From: Nitrospirales bacterium | GTDB taxonomy: Bacteria > Nitrospirota > Nitrospiria > Nitrospirales > UBA8639 | Assembly: GCA_965223295.1 (NCBI GenBank) | Contig: CBDCWC010000003.1 | Span: 1,088,001-1,152,000, forward strand | DNA: 64,000 nt | Reading direction: 5' to 3' | In this document: positions 41,760-50,699 of the stretch, piece by piece | Numbering within the stretch: position 1 is the first letter of the stretch | Layout: the number at the start of each line of letters is the position of its first letter | Translations under genes and position numbers: made by a program | The notes under the pieces: generated by a model | The model's database searches: none | Seen by the model: only the letters and a program-made list of their open reading frames with translations | What the model was told of the DNA's origin: nothing

Positions 41760-41958
41760 TGAAAAAAAAGCTGCCGAAGCAGCCTTCAACGGATTGCCAT
41801 TTGATTCGATGTGGTCAGAAGCTGGCAGAAAAGTCTATTGGGGTCTGTGTTCTGCCCTCGCGAAGAAACACCACAAAACCTTGCAGGAAATGAGCTCTTT
41901 CCAACCCCTTTTAGCCAGAGAGGTTCCGCACCTCCATGCTTTTCAGCTAGCCAAATAA
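41728..41958 (+). CDS. Small hypothetical protein
   Basis: GGAGG RBS before ATG; RPLTYDEKKAAEAAF..LPF...WSE resembles a small Nitrospira-type family (from memory, unverified). Confidence 0.6.
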   Translation: MSRNYRPLTYDEKKAAEAAFNGLPFDSMWSEAGRKVYWGLCSALAKKHHKTLQEMSSFQPLLAREVPHLHAFQLAK

Positions 41959-42876
41959 CGGAATTCCAGAGGTGCTAGAAGGTTACCTTTTCCGAAAGAC
42001 TCTGCGCTGGTAGCACACATTCCTAAGTTTCGTTTCTTTAGTTATTCGCTATTGAATTAACGAAATCAGCCTCCACAGTTACCACTCAAATTCCCTCTAT
42101 GAGGACACAGAGATCATGCGCCTAGATGGGCTTGGGACAAGGGCAGGAAAAATAGAGCTGTCCTGGTATAGGAAGAAGACGAGTCAAATTGTTGTTCTTG
42201 AGTCAAATCGAAACTGTTGGCATTCATCGTTGGAGACGGGCTTCTACCAAGAAGAAGACCACGAGTCTTCACTATAGAACCTTCTGCACACTCAGTATTA
42301 CCCCACAATTACAGATTTGTCTCTTACTTTTATTCTGACATCGACAGTCCTAGGCGACAATAGTCCGTTGGCTGCTTTTGTACCTCATTACATGGGAAAA
42401 GACATATTACAAACTTCCTGCGAGGAAGGTGATTGGCTGGTAATGTCTCTTTGCCAACTTGCTGGAAGGGGTCTTTGTGCCTCTGCCTCCGTTGAGGGCT
42501 TCGTTCAAGAGTAAGTTCTTCACCTTTAAGTTCTTATAATAAGGTAAGTGGTTTTTTCGTGTTGCTGGAAATGGCCGATCCCCCTTCCGGTTTGATTCCC
42601 TATCCGTTTAGGGAATTTTGCCGTGAATCTCAACGGTATTGGTACCTCAACACGATGAATGATTCAGGGCGCCCAAATGCGACCTGCCCAAAACGTACAT
42701 ACCGCCCTTTCCAGCTCGTGCCCAACGATATCGCGCAACCTATTACAAGAAAGATGATGCTGAATGCCCTGATTTTGCTTGCTCAAGAGTTGTTCTCTCT
42801 TCAATCAGGCCCGTATAATGGCGTGGAAGTTGTGTTTCGATTTTTCCCACGGCATTTCTAAAGCTAGGATGACTTC

Positions 42877-43689
42877 ATGAAGGGTCAAGAATACGGCATT
42901 GAACAATTTCGAGTAGCCGAAGAACCGTTTTACCAGGAGGTGAATGGGGAGGTGGGCCTGTTTTCAGTCGGAGCTAAGAATCACATTCCTATCATGCTCA
43001 AAGGGCCAACCGGATGCGGGAAGACCCGCTTTGTGCAACACATGGCCCATCAACTCAATCGGCCACTCATCACGGTGGCCTGCCATGAAGATTTAACAGC
43101 ATCAGATCTGATTGGCCGCTATCTCTTAAAGGGCGAAGAAACGGTCTGGGTCGATGGACCATTGACCCTCGGCGTCAAACATGGAGCCATAGTCTATTTA
43201 GATGAAGTGGTTGAAGCTCGTAAGGACACGACCGTCTTGATTCATCCTTTGAGTGATGACCGCCGTTTTTTACCTATTGAGAAAAAAGGCCAGGTCATTC
43301 AGGCAGTGGACGAGTTTCTGCTGGTCATTTCGTATAATCCCGGCTATCAGTCGGTTCTCAAAGAACTTAAACAAAGCACCAAGCAGCGGTTTATGGCTAT
43401 TGAATTTGGGTATCCACCAAAAGAGACCGAAATTCGTATCGTCGAACACGAGGCCAAGATTTCCAAAGACATGGCTACGCGCCTGGTTAAGCTTGGAGAA
43501 AAAGTGCGTAATCTTCGGAGTCATGGGTTAGAAGAAGGAGTCAGTACGCGATTACTTATTTATGCCGGAACCTTAATTGAGCAGGGCGTGACACCGGCCC
43601 ACGCCTGCGATGCGGCCATTACCCGACCTATTACCGATGACCTCGACATGCAACGAAGTATTCAGGAATTGATCAAAGCCATTTTTTAG
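42877..43689 (+). CDS. CbbQ/NirQ/NorQ/GpvN-family AAA+ ATPase
   Basis: [34 protein letters not shown] and SYNPGYQ. Confidence 0.92.
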   Translation: MKGQEYGIEQFRVAEEPFYQEVNGEVGLFSVGAKNHIPIMLKGPTGCGKTRFVQHMAHQLNRPLITVACHEDLTASDLIGRYLLKGEETVWVDGPLTLGVKHGAIVYLDEVVEARKDTTVLIHPLSDDRRFLPIEKKGQVIQAVDEFLLVISYNPGYQSVLKELKQSTKQRFMAIEFGYPPKETEIRIVEHEAKISKDMATRLVKLGEKVRNLRSHGLEEGVSTRLLIYAGTLIEQGVTPAHACDAAITRPITDDLDMQRSIQELIKAIF

Positions 43690-43754
43690 ATTCGGGTACA
43701 ACGTAATCGGACGGCTCTGGGAGACCTTGTACCCTCGCTTCTCCTCACTCTTCT

Positions 43755-44636
43755 ATGTTGAATCAGCCTCACAATATCATCGCGTTGGTGTACGATTTCG
43801 ATCATACGCTGAGCCCGCATTACATGCAGGACCATACAATCCTTCGGCACGCCGACATCAACCCCAAAGAATTCTGGCCAAGCTGTACGGCATTGATTAA
43901 TGAAAAAGGCTACGATCAAGAACTGGCGTATATGAAACGCATGTTGGAGATCGAGACCATTCGATCTCTATCCAATAAGGATCTCGAACTGATGGGCGCC
44001 AATCTGACATTTTTCCCCGGCGTCCCTGAGTGCTTTGAAGAACTCAATGCCTTATTCAGTCCCGAAGAATACGAAGAGCTGGGGATTCGATTGGAGCATT
44101 ACGTGGTAAGTTCCGGACTCAAAGCCATTTTGGACGGGAGCCAGATTGCCCAGTACGTTAAAGCCATCTTTGGCTGTGAATTTGACGAAGACGATGGACA
44201 TATTAATTTTCCCAAGCGAACGATCAGCCACACACAAAAAACTCAATTTCTCTTTCGTGTCAACAAAGGCTTACTGGAGATGGAGCAGGACGTGAATGAC
44301 CACATGCCCGAAGAGGCCCGTCGAGTTCCCTTCCGGCATATGATATATGTGGGAGATGGTCCTACCGATGTTCCCTGTTTCACGCTGATGAAGAAAAATG
44401 GAGGCTTTGCCGTCGCCGTGTACAACGCCGAGGATCATTCGAGACGATCATTTGAAAAATGTTATCAACTCGCCCATCATGCCGACCGTGTGCATTTCAT
44501 GGCACCAGCAGATTATCGAGCTGGAAGCCACCTACGACTCATCCTTGAGCAACATATCAAAGAAATCGCCAATGGTGTCCTCGAGGAACGGCGTCAGGGC
44601 GCGGAAAAAATACGCGTTCCCGCACCCACTCCATAA
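43755..44636 (+). CDS. HAD-superfamily hydrolase
   Basis: Motif I YDFDHTL, VSSG, K, and YVGDGPTDVP. Confidence 0.85.
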   Translation: MLNQPHNIIALVYDFDHTLSPHYMQDHTILRHADINPKEFWPSCTALINEKGYDQELAYMKRMLEIETIRSLSNKDLELMGANLTFFPGVPECFEELNALFSPEEYEELGIRLEHYVVSSGLKAILDGSQIAQYVKAIFGCEFDEDDGHINFPKRTISHTQKTQFLFRVNKGLLEMEQDVNDHMPEEARRVPFRHMIYVGDGPTDVPCFTLMKKNGGFAVAVYNAEDHSRRSFEKCYQLAHHADRVHFMAPADYRAGSHLRLILEQHIKEIANGVLEERRQGAEKIRVPAPTP

Positions 44637-44780
44637 TGTAATGCCGTTCATCATTCAAGGTTCTTCGCTGAGCCAATCAGCTCTCTCCATTGCACAACAC
44701 TTTTACGGTCGAGTAAGGTATAAGAAAAGAACTCATCCTCCATACCTTTTATTAGGCGGTTGTCTATGCATCGATCATTT

Positions 44781-45365
44781 ATGTCTACGTTCTATAGAAG
44801 TATCACCCTGTTCCTTTTTCTGAGTCTTTTTAGTAGTCTCTCTTGGGCAGGTGACCCCTTTGGGAATACCTCTCAGACCCCTAAACCCAATTCTCCCAGA
44901 GACCTTGCGTTTGATCAGGTCAACTGGAATCGCATTCAAGGCGTTTTTAGCTGGATCACTATGGCTCGAGGGTTTAGTGATACGCCCTGGGATTCATCAG
45001 AGGGAAGGCCAGGATGGAGGACTATGGAAGATGCTTATGTCAGACCCATTGACCCTGGCGTGTCTGAATTTCCCGTTGAGACCGAAGCATTTTATATAGT
45101 CTTTGAAGGACAACCCTTAGATGCCCCCGCGCAATTTGCCGCAGCCTGGTTTGAAATGAAGGATGGGGAAATTGTGTCCGATACGCCGGTGGACAAAGAT
45201 GTCATTGAATTGGACATGAACCAGCGCTTTGGATATTTCGAAATCTACCAGCCTGAAGAAGGCTGGAAGCCTGGAAACTACTTGGTCAAAATCTACTACG
45301 GTTCGCCTGGGCAAGACCTCCATGCCATCAATGTCGTCGGCACCATGCAATTCACCATTAACTAA
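44781..45365 (+). CDS. Exported hypothetical protein
   Basis: Signal peptide; C-terminal W.PG.Y.V Ig-like strand pattern. Confidence 0.6.
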   Translation: MSTFYRSITLFLFLSLFSSLSWAGDPFGNTSQTPKPNSPRDLAFDQVNWNRIQGVFSWITMARGFSDTPWDSSEGRPGWRTMEDAYVRPIDPGVSEFPVETEAFYIVFEGQPLDAPAQFAAAWFEMKDGEIVSDTPVDKDVIELDMNQRFGYFEIYQPEEGWKPGNYLVKIYYGSPGQDLHAINVVGTMQFTIN

Positions 45366-45384
45366 CAACATATTTATCTGCATT

Positions 45385-45455
45385 AGGGGTCAGACTCGAA
45401 TTAATTCCAGCAAAGAAACAGGATTGGATATGAAATTAATTCGAGTCTGACCCCT
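45385..45455. repeat. 22-bp perfect inverted repeat (TCTGACCCC-type REP pair) between convergent genes
   Basis: AGGGGTCAGACTCGAATTAATT-N27-AATTAATTCGAGTCTGACCCCT. Confidence 0.75.
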
Positions 45456-45471
45456 TTTTATCAGATAGCTA

Positions 45472-47106
45472 TTACTGCGACAGATTTGGTGCAGGAGTTT
45501 GGGAAAGAGACTTGGAGTCAGAAGGGCGGCGAGAGCGAATGATCTCTTCGAGGGTGAGCAGGGTATCACGGCCCGAATTGGTTTCGAATCCTTTGGAGAG
45601 GCTGGTATCAGCGTAGGTGTGGCCATGCTGTTGGGTGGCACTTTGTTGGCTCAGGCTGCCGGACCAGGGGCGAGGATCCTGCGACCCATGTTTGCGATTC
45701 CAAGCGGCGAGGCAAGCCTTGGCAATAATTTTGTTAAGGGGGGCAGGGTTGTAGAGCATTTTTTTGATGTTCCAAGGCGTGAGGCTCAGCGGATTGTAGC
45801 CATTCGAGAGGTAACCTTCAGACAACAAACGTTCTTCAAGATCGGTATTAGGCTGGATGCCCAAGAAAAACATCAAGGGAAAAACGCGCTCTTCACCTAA
45901 AATCGAAGCGACCATCTTATAGGATTCAACACTTTGCAATAGCGTCTCTTCGGTTTCGTCAGGGGAATTCAGCGAATAATTCAGGATCACTCGCCCATTG
46001 AATCCTGCCTCTTTGAGATGGCGGCACCCATCATAGAGATGTTCCAACTTAAATCCCATATGCAAACTGTTGAGTACCTTTTGTGACCCCGCCGTAACTG
46101 CCACCTCTAAATCACCGACGCCTGATTGCACCATCAGTTTGGCTAATTGAGCATTAATTAGGGAGGTCCGAACATATCCTGACCATTCAATGCCTAATTT
46201 TTCTGAAACAATGCGCTCAAGAATTTCGGTGCATTGGGGGTAGGCGTCTTTGCCGGTGATAAATTGTGCATCGGTAAACCAGAACCGACGAGCCCCCCAT
46301 TGATGATAGTACTGCGAAATGTCCTGTACCACATTTTCCGCTGGCCGATACCGGACACGTTTCCCTTCGATATAGGGATAGAGACAAAAGGCACAATCAT
46401 AGGGACAGCCGCGCTTACTCTGCACACCAATACATTCACCAATATATTCAGTGTATTGAGGAAAAATCGAAGTCAAATATGGAATATCGACTGATAAGGA
46501 ATCCAATAAGGCTGGGGTATGCTTTGTCCCTTTGGTGACTCGCCCCTGTTCTCGAATGATGAACCGTTCTTCACTCAGGGACTCTCCATTGAGAACTTTC
46601 AGAATCGCATCTTCGCCTTCGCCTAAAATCCCGACGATACCTTCGGGCAGTTTTTCAATCAGTTGATCCGAAAAGGCTGTGAATGCTCCACCTCCAATCA
46701 TCATTTTGGCAGCAGGAAATTCTTTTTGAACTAACCAGGGATAGGAAAGATTTTTTTTAATATCCGTGTAATAGCGATACAAGTTTCGTAACCCTTGGAC
46801 AGAAGCAATCGCACGCTTAAATGGGTTGCTCGCATAGTAGAAATTGAAGGCATGTTCAAGCGAAGCATCTCCCTCATGTGGGGAAAAGATTTGAATATCC
46901 CGCCATGAAAAACACACCAACTCAGGCTGAAATGCTGACGTCGCTTCACGGAGTTTGGCTTGACGTTGATTAGGAGGGAAGAGAGACAGATCTAAAATCT
47001 GTTGACGAACATCCGGGCGACGGCGATGGATAAAGTCGGCCAGATAGGTAATCCCTGTGGGATAAACTTTTTTGCAAGGCAGGAAGACATAGAGCACGGA
47101 ATCCAT
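45472..47106 (-). CDS. Cobalamin-binding radical SAM protein (similar to the cyanobacterial Slr0320 type; candidate quinone methyltransferase)
   Basis: B12-binding N-domain (FSWRDIQIF, IGGGA, GEGE); CxxxCxxC in KRGCPYDCAFC; WFTDAQF; starts 4 nt after the ubiE stop. Confidence 0.8.
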   Translation of the reverse strand: MDSVLYVFLPCKKVYPTGITYLADFIHRRRPDVRQQILDLSLFPPNQRQAKLREATSAFQPELVCFSWRDIQIFSPHEGDASLEHAFNFYYASNPFKRAIASVQGLRNLYRYYTDIKKNLSYPWLVQKEFPAAKMMIGGGAFTAFSDQLIEKLPEGIVGILGEGEDAILKVLNGESLSEERFIIREQGRVTKGTKHTPALLDSLSVDIPYLTSIFPQYTEYIGECIGVQSKRGCPYDCAFCLYPYIEGKRVRYRPAENVVQDISQYYHQWGARRFWFTDAQFITGKDAYPQCTEILERIVSEKLGIEWSGYVRTSLINAQLAKLMVQSGVGDLEVAVTAGSQKVLNSLHMGFKLEHLYDGCRHLKEAGFNGRVILNYSLNSPDETEETLLQSVESYKMVASILGEERVFPLMFFLGIQPNTDLEERLLSEGYLSNGYNPLSLTPWNIKKMLYNPAPLNKIIAKACLAAWNRKHGSQDPRPWSGSLSQQSATQQHGHTYADTSLSKGFETNSGRDTLLTLEEIIRSRRPSDSKSLSQTPAPNLSQ

Positions 47107-47110
47107 GAGC

Positions 47111-47860
47111 TTATTTCACCGCCACATGGATCGCCACGATACCACCCGTGAGATTGTGATAGTCCACGCTTTCAAAGCCCGCATCGTTCAACATGCCACA
47201 TAGTCGTTGTTGATCCGGAAAATTCCGAATTGAGGCCGGTAAATATTCGTACACCCCTGTCCCATCTCTTGCCACAACCGTTCCGATCCAGGGCAAGAGA
47301 TGAAAGGAATACCAATCATAAAGCTTGCGAAATCCTGCTGAAACGGGCCGGGAGAATTCCAAACAGACAAAGCGCCCTCCAGGTTTCAACACACGGCATA
47401 TTTCATTCAAAGCTTTCGGCAGATTGCCCACATTGCGAACGCAAAATCCGGCCGTCACGGTCTCAAACGAATGATCAGGAAAGGTGAGATGTTCCGCGTT
47501 CATTTGGAGACATGAAATTCGGTTTGCTAATTTCTGCGAACGAACTTTTTGTTGGCCTACCCGCAGCATAGCCCCATTCAAATCAGCAGCTATGATTGTT
47601 GAAGAACATTGAAGGTGACGATCTAACAAGATAGCCAGATCGCAGGTCCCAGCTCCCAAGTCTAACGCTCGCGTATTTGGCTGTGTGGGAATATGCGCGA
47701 TTGCCTTCCGTTTCCAAGAATGATGCAGGCCGAAACTAAGAAGGGAATTGTTCAGGTCATAAAATCGGGCAATGGCCGTAAACATCCGCTGAACGGCCTG
47801 TTCCCGGGCGGGACCGGTCCAAGTGGAAGCAGCTTTACCTGGGATTTGCGAATTCTCCAT
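47111..47860 (-). CDS. ubiE: UbiE/MenG-family quinone C-methyltransferase
   Basis: MF..IA..YDL.N..LSFGLH..W, LDLGAGT, RVLKPGG, CLEFS and YLPASI. The ORF-track extension runs into a repeat. Confidence 0.9.
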   Translation of the reverse strand: MENSQIPGKAASTWTGPAREQAVQRMFTAIARFYDLNNSLLSFGLHHSWKRKAIAHIPTQPNTRALDLGAGTCDLAILLDRHLQCSSTIIAADLNGAMLRVGQQKVRSQKLANRISCLQMNAEHLTFPDHSFETVTAGFCVRNVGNLPKALNEICRVLKPGGRFVCLEFSRPVSAGFRKLYDWYSFHLLPWIGTVVARDGTGVYEYLPASIRNFPDQQRLCGMLNDAGFESVDYHNLTGGIVAIHVAVK

Positions 47861-47918
47861 AACAGGAGCCATCCACAGGAGGTAGCACCCGCTCTCGCGC
47901 TTTGTCAAGAATCCGGAT

Positions 47919-48039
47919 GGGTCTGTTGAAAAAAGCCACGAGCGGCGTTCTCGCCATTGTTCCGTGCTCACGTCATGCCAGGACGCTCCGCGCGCAAAAA
48001 GGGCTGCGGCCTTGCTGGACGGACTTTTTGAACCGACCC
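47919..48039. repeat. MITE-like repeat family A, copy 3 (opposite orientation to copies 1 and 2)
   Basis: GGGTCTGTTGAAAAAAGCC...GGACTTTTTGAACCGACCC. Confidence 0.8.
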
Positions 48040-48134
48040 GACGCTATTGATCACCAAGAGCTATCTAGTGAAATATGGCCTTTGATATCCTCATACTCCC
48101 AGGATCTAATCTGAAAGAGACATCAACATTCTAC

Positions 48135-49343
48135 CTATTGGAGTTTCTTCTTCTCCCAACGGAATGCCCAAACAGCGAGGTGCTCATCTGATTGGGACTC
48201 TTTTTCAAAATGGAGAAAGACTTTTCTAACTGGATCATACTGAGTGAGATAGTTCATGCCATATAAGGGAGGACTGAGAATCTTGAGTCTAGCCCATGAC
48301 TGCGTCGAGCTATCATACAAAAATGTCATGCTCTTGCCGGAAGGGTTACTGTAGGGATTGGAGGAATCATTTGCGAGATAGAGCAAGACATTCTGGTGGG
48401 TATCATAGGCCATTGCCGCGCCGTTGGCTGGAAGTGAAGGTGGGTTTTTGACCCGAACTTGTTCCCAACTCTGTTCAGAAGTGGAATATCGCCAAAGATC
48501 ATGACCACCTTTATTATTACCAAAAGACAACACTTGTGCATTCCCTGTGTCAAAGACAAGCCTCTGATGCCAACCGGGGGCCGAAGAAGCCTGATACATG
48601 TTCCAACTGTTACTCACCAGGTCAAAGTGAAACGTTGACGATCCATCGTGACCAATAAATTGATCCGTTTCGGAATTCCACACTAAGCCATGCGAAAAGA
48701 GAAAAGGAGAAGATATGTTGAGTAATTCCCAGTGCTTTGAATCCGGGTCATACCACCACGTAGTGGATTTGAGCCTTTGTGGGTTGACCCCTCTTCTTTG
48801 AAGTTGGCTTTTGGCTCGATGGGCATGCTTGGGATATCCGACAAACAAGAGGCGACCCGATGGTGGATGATAATCCAAGGTATCAAAAGCATGCATCGCC
48901 CATGGCCTCCCATTACGAGTTACTGGAAAGCCTTCTGGCGTTACCAAATAGGTATCAATAGCATCAGGCGCATAATCCCTTGACCAACGTAAATTTTCCA
49001 AATGTAAACGAGTGACACTATTATCGTAATCCACCTCATGGGTATCCGCGCCGAAAAAGAACACTTCGTTACGATCGACCGCAATTGACGCGGCTCCATG
49101 AAAGATTTTTATGGGCGCCTCTCCACAAGCGTCTAATTTAACCCAGGTGTTGGAATTTATGGTCTCCCAATCAAATGACGGACATTGCGCCATAATATCT
49201 GAGGAATCTGGTGTTCGGTTAGAGAACACACATGCATTTATGACCATGGAAAAACTAACAAGTGCTATGTGGCTATAAAAGAAGAGGCGTGAACTCAAAA
49301 TGGGGAGAGTTTTAAATAAACAACGTTGTTTCAGCTCCGGCAC
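48135..49343 (-). CDS. Kelch-like beta-propeller protein, probable lipoprotein
   Basis: Repeated W/F.YD...xxW blade motifs; INAC lipobox-like sequence. The true start is probably downstream of 49343. Confidence 0.6.
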   Translation of the reverse strand: MPELKQRCLFKTLPILSSRLFFYSHIALVSFSMVINACVFSNRTPDSSDIMAQCPSFDWETINSNTWVKLDACGEAPIKIFHGAASIAVDRNEVFFFGADTHEVDYDNSVTRLHLENLRWSRDYAPDAIDTYLVTPEGFPVTRNGRPWAMHAFDTLDYHPPSGRLLFVGYPKHAHRAKSQLQRRGVNPQRLKSTTWWYDPDSKHWELLNISSPFLFSHGLVWNSETDQFIGHDGSSTFHFDLVSNSWNMYQASSAPGWHQRLVFDTGNAQVLSFGNNKGGHDLWRYSTSEQSWEQVRVKNPPSLPANGAAMAYDTHQNVLLYLANDSSNPYSNPSGKSMTFLYDSSTQSWARLKILSPPLYGMNYLTQYDPVRKVFLHFEKESQSDEHLAVWAFRWEKKKLQ

Positions 49344-49755
49344 AGGCAGCCAGAATGGCAGGGAGACCCATCACTTCATCAACGCCGTCATTCACGGCTT
49401 GGGCATCGACACCCATATATTCCAGACCCGCACTACAGGCCACAAGTCTAAACTGCCCCACTTGTTTGGCTTCTTGAAACATGTCTGAAATTAACGGGAC
49501 CTTCCGTTCACGAATGAGCCGAGCTACTTCGGGAGCTTGCGCAGCATATTCTGGGGGGAAATCTAATTCGTTAAGGCGGCCTTCGGCTAACTTCTTGATG
49601 GTCCAAAAGAGCAAGACAACAGTCACATCTTTGCCCATGGCCGCAGCGGTTAATCCCAAAGTGGCAACCTGGTGTAACTTGTCATATGTACCATTATGGG
49701 CATAAATGACAAACCGTGACTTTGATTTATCTAGGCTAGCAAACTTTGGACTCAC
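49312..49755 (-). CDS. DsrE/DsrF/DrsH-like family protein
   Basis: TAAAMGKDV.V...FW, LVACS and C-terminal TLFI. Confidence 0.75.
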   Translation of the reverse strand: MSPKFASLDKSKSRFVIYAHNGTYDKLHQVATLGLTAAAMGKDVTVVLLFWTIKKLAEGRLNELDFPPEYAAQAPEVARLIRERKVPLISDMFQEAKQVGQFRLVACSAGLEYMGVDAQAVNDGVDEVMGLPAILAACAGAETTLFI

Positions 49756-49830
49756 GAAGGTTAAGACTCCAGTTTCTAACGTGGGAATGGATGACGTAAG
49801 CAGATTCTTAGATAATTTAAGAGCATGGCC

Positions 49831-50565
49831 TTATCGTTTCGCAGGACGAATGAGGGCAGGAGGTTTCCGCCTTACGAGTGTCCAATCATCTTCTTCGTAC
49901 AGCAAACAACATTTGAGACGGCCACACACACCAATACGATGACTATCCATATTCCCCATCGGACCATCGCCACGACCACGCGGGTACACCGGCTTAAAAT
50001 CCGTCAAAAAACTCGAGCAACATAACACCAACCCACAGGTATCCACGCCACTGATACGCCCAGCTTCCTCACGTGATGAAATTTGCCGCATTTCGATCCG
50101 GCAACCAAACCGGCGTGCGAGATCTTTGACCAATTGACGAAAATCAATCCGTTCATCAGCAGTGTAAGTAAAGGTCAACGATCGACGCAGAAACGAACCA
50201 AACACTTCGACCAACTTCATGTCTAAACCCAAGGATTCGATTAACTCCAAACAATAATCATGTCCCTCTTGAGCTAACCGCTGCTGACGAGCAATGGCCC
50301 GTTGGTCTTCTCCGTTTGCTTTACGAATTACAGACCGCATCGCCCGCATGGGCGGAGTAAAAGGCAAACGCTGAGGAGGGAGATAGACTTTGCCAAAGGA
50401 ATGGTCAGTTTCAAGGTCCAACAATACCCAATCACCGACGTTGATTGAAGAATCCTCAGTCCGAGTTTTCTTGACCTCTCCCAGATCCCGCACTTTTACT
50501 CCGATCACGATCACTTGATCAGGGTATGTTTCTTCTGCTCCTTCAAGATTTTCATCAGGTGCCAT
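49831..50565 (-). CDS. ricT: PSP1/RicT (YaaT) family protein
   Basis: YTADERIDFRQLVKDLA, RIEMRQI, CGLVLCC and GVCGRLKCCL.YE. Confidence 0.85.
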   Translation of the reverse strand: MAPDENLEGAEETYPDQVIVIGVKVRDLGEVKKTRTEDSSINVGDWVLLDLETDHSFGKVYLPPQRLPFTPPMRAMRSVIRKANGEDQRAIARQQRLAQEGHDYCLELIESLGLDMKLVEVFGSFLRRSLTFTYTADERIDFRQLVKDLARRFGCRIEMRQISSREEAGRISGVDTCGLVLCCSSFLTDFKPVYPRGRGDGPMGNMDSHRIGVCGRLKCCLLYEEDDWTLVRRKPPALIRPAKR

Positions 50566-50699
50566 ACGTCATGCTCTCTATCAATAAGGATCAAGGTTTT
50601 CACACCTGGCCATCATACCGAACTTCCCTCAAGAGGCCAAGAGCAGAAGCTAGGAAGGCCATTGAACCGATGCCCTCATTACAAACAACACGAAGCGTT

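Noticed and set aside
47902-48114. Family of similar short ORFs (3566, 47902, 56206, 40113; also 54708 and 62856)
   Set aside because: They are translations of dispersed repeats A and B, without consistent starts or RBS.
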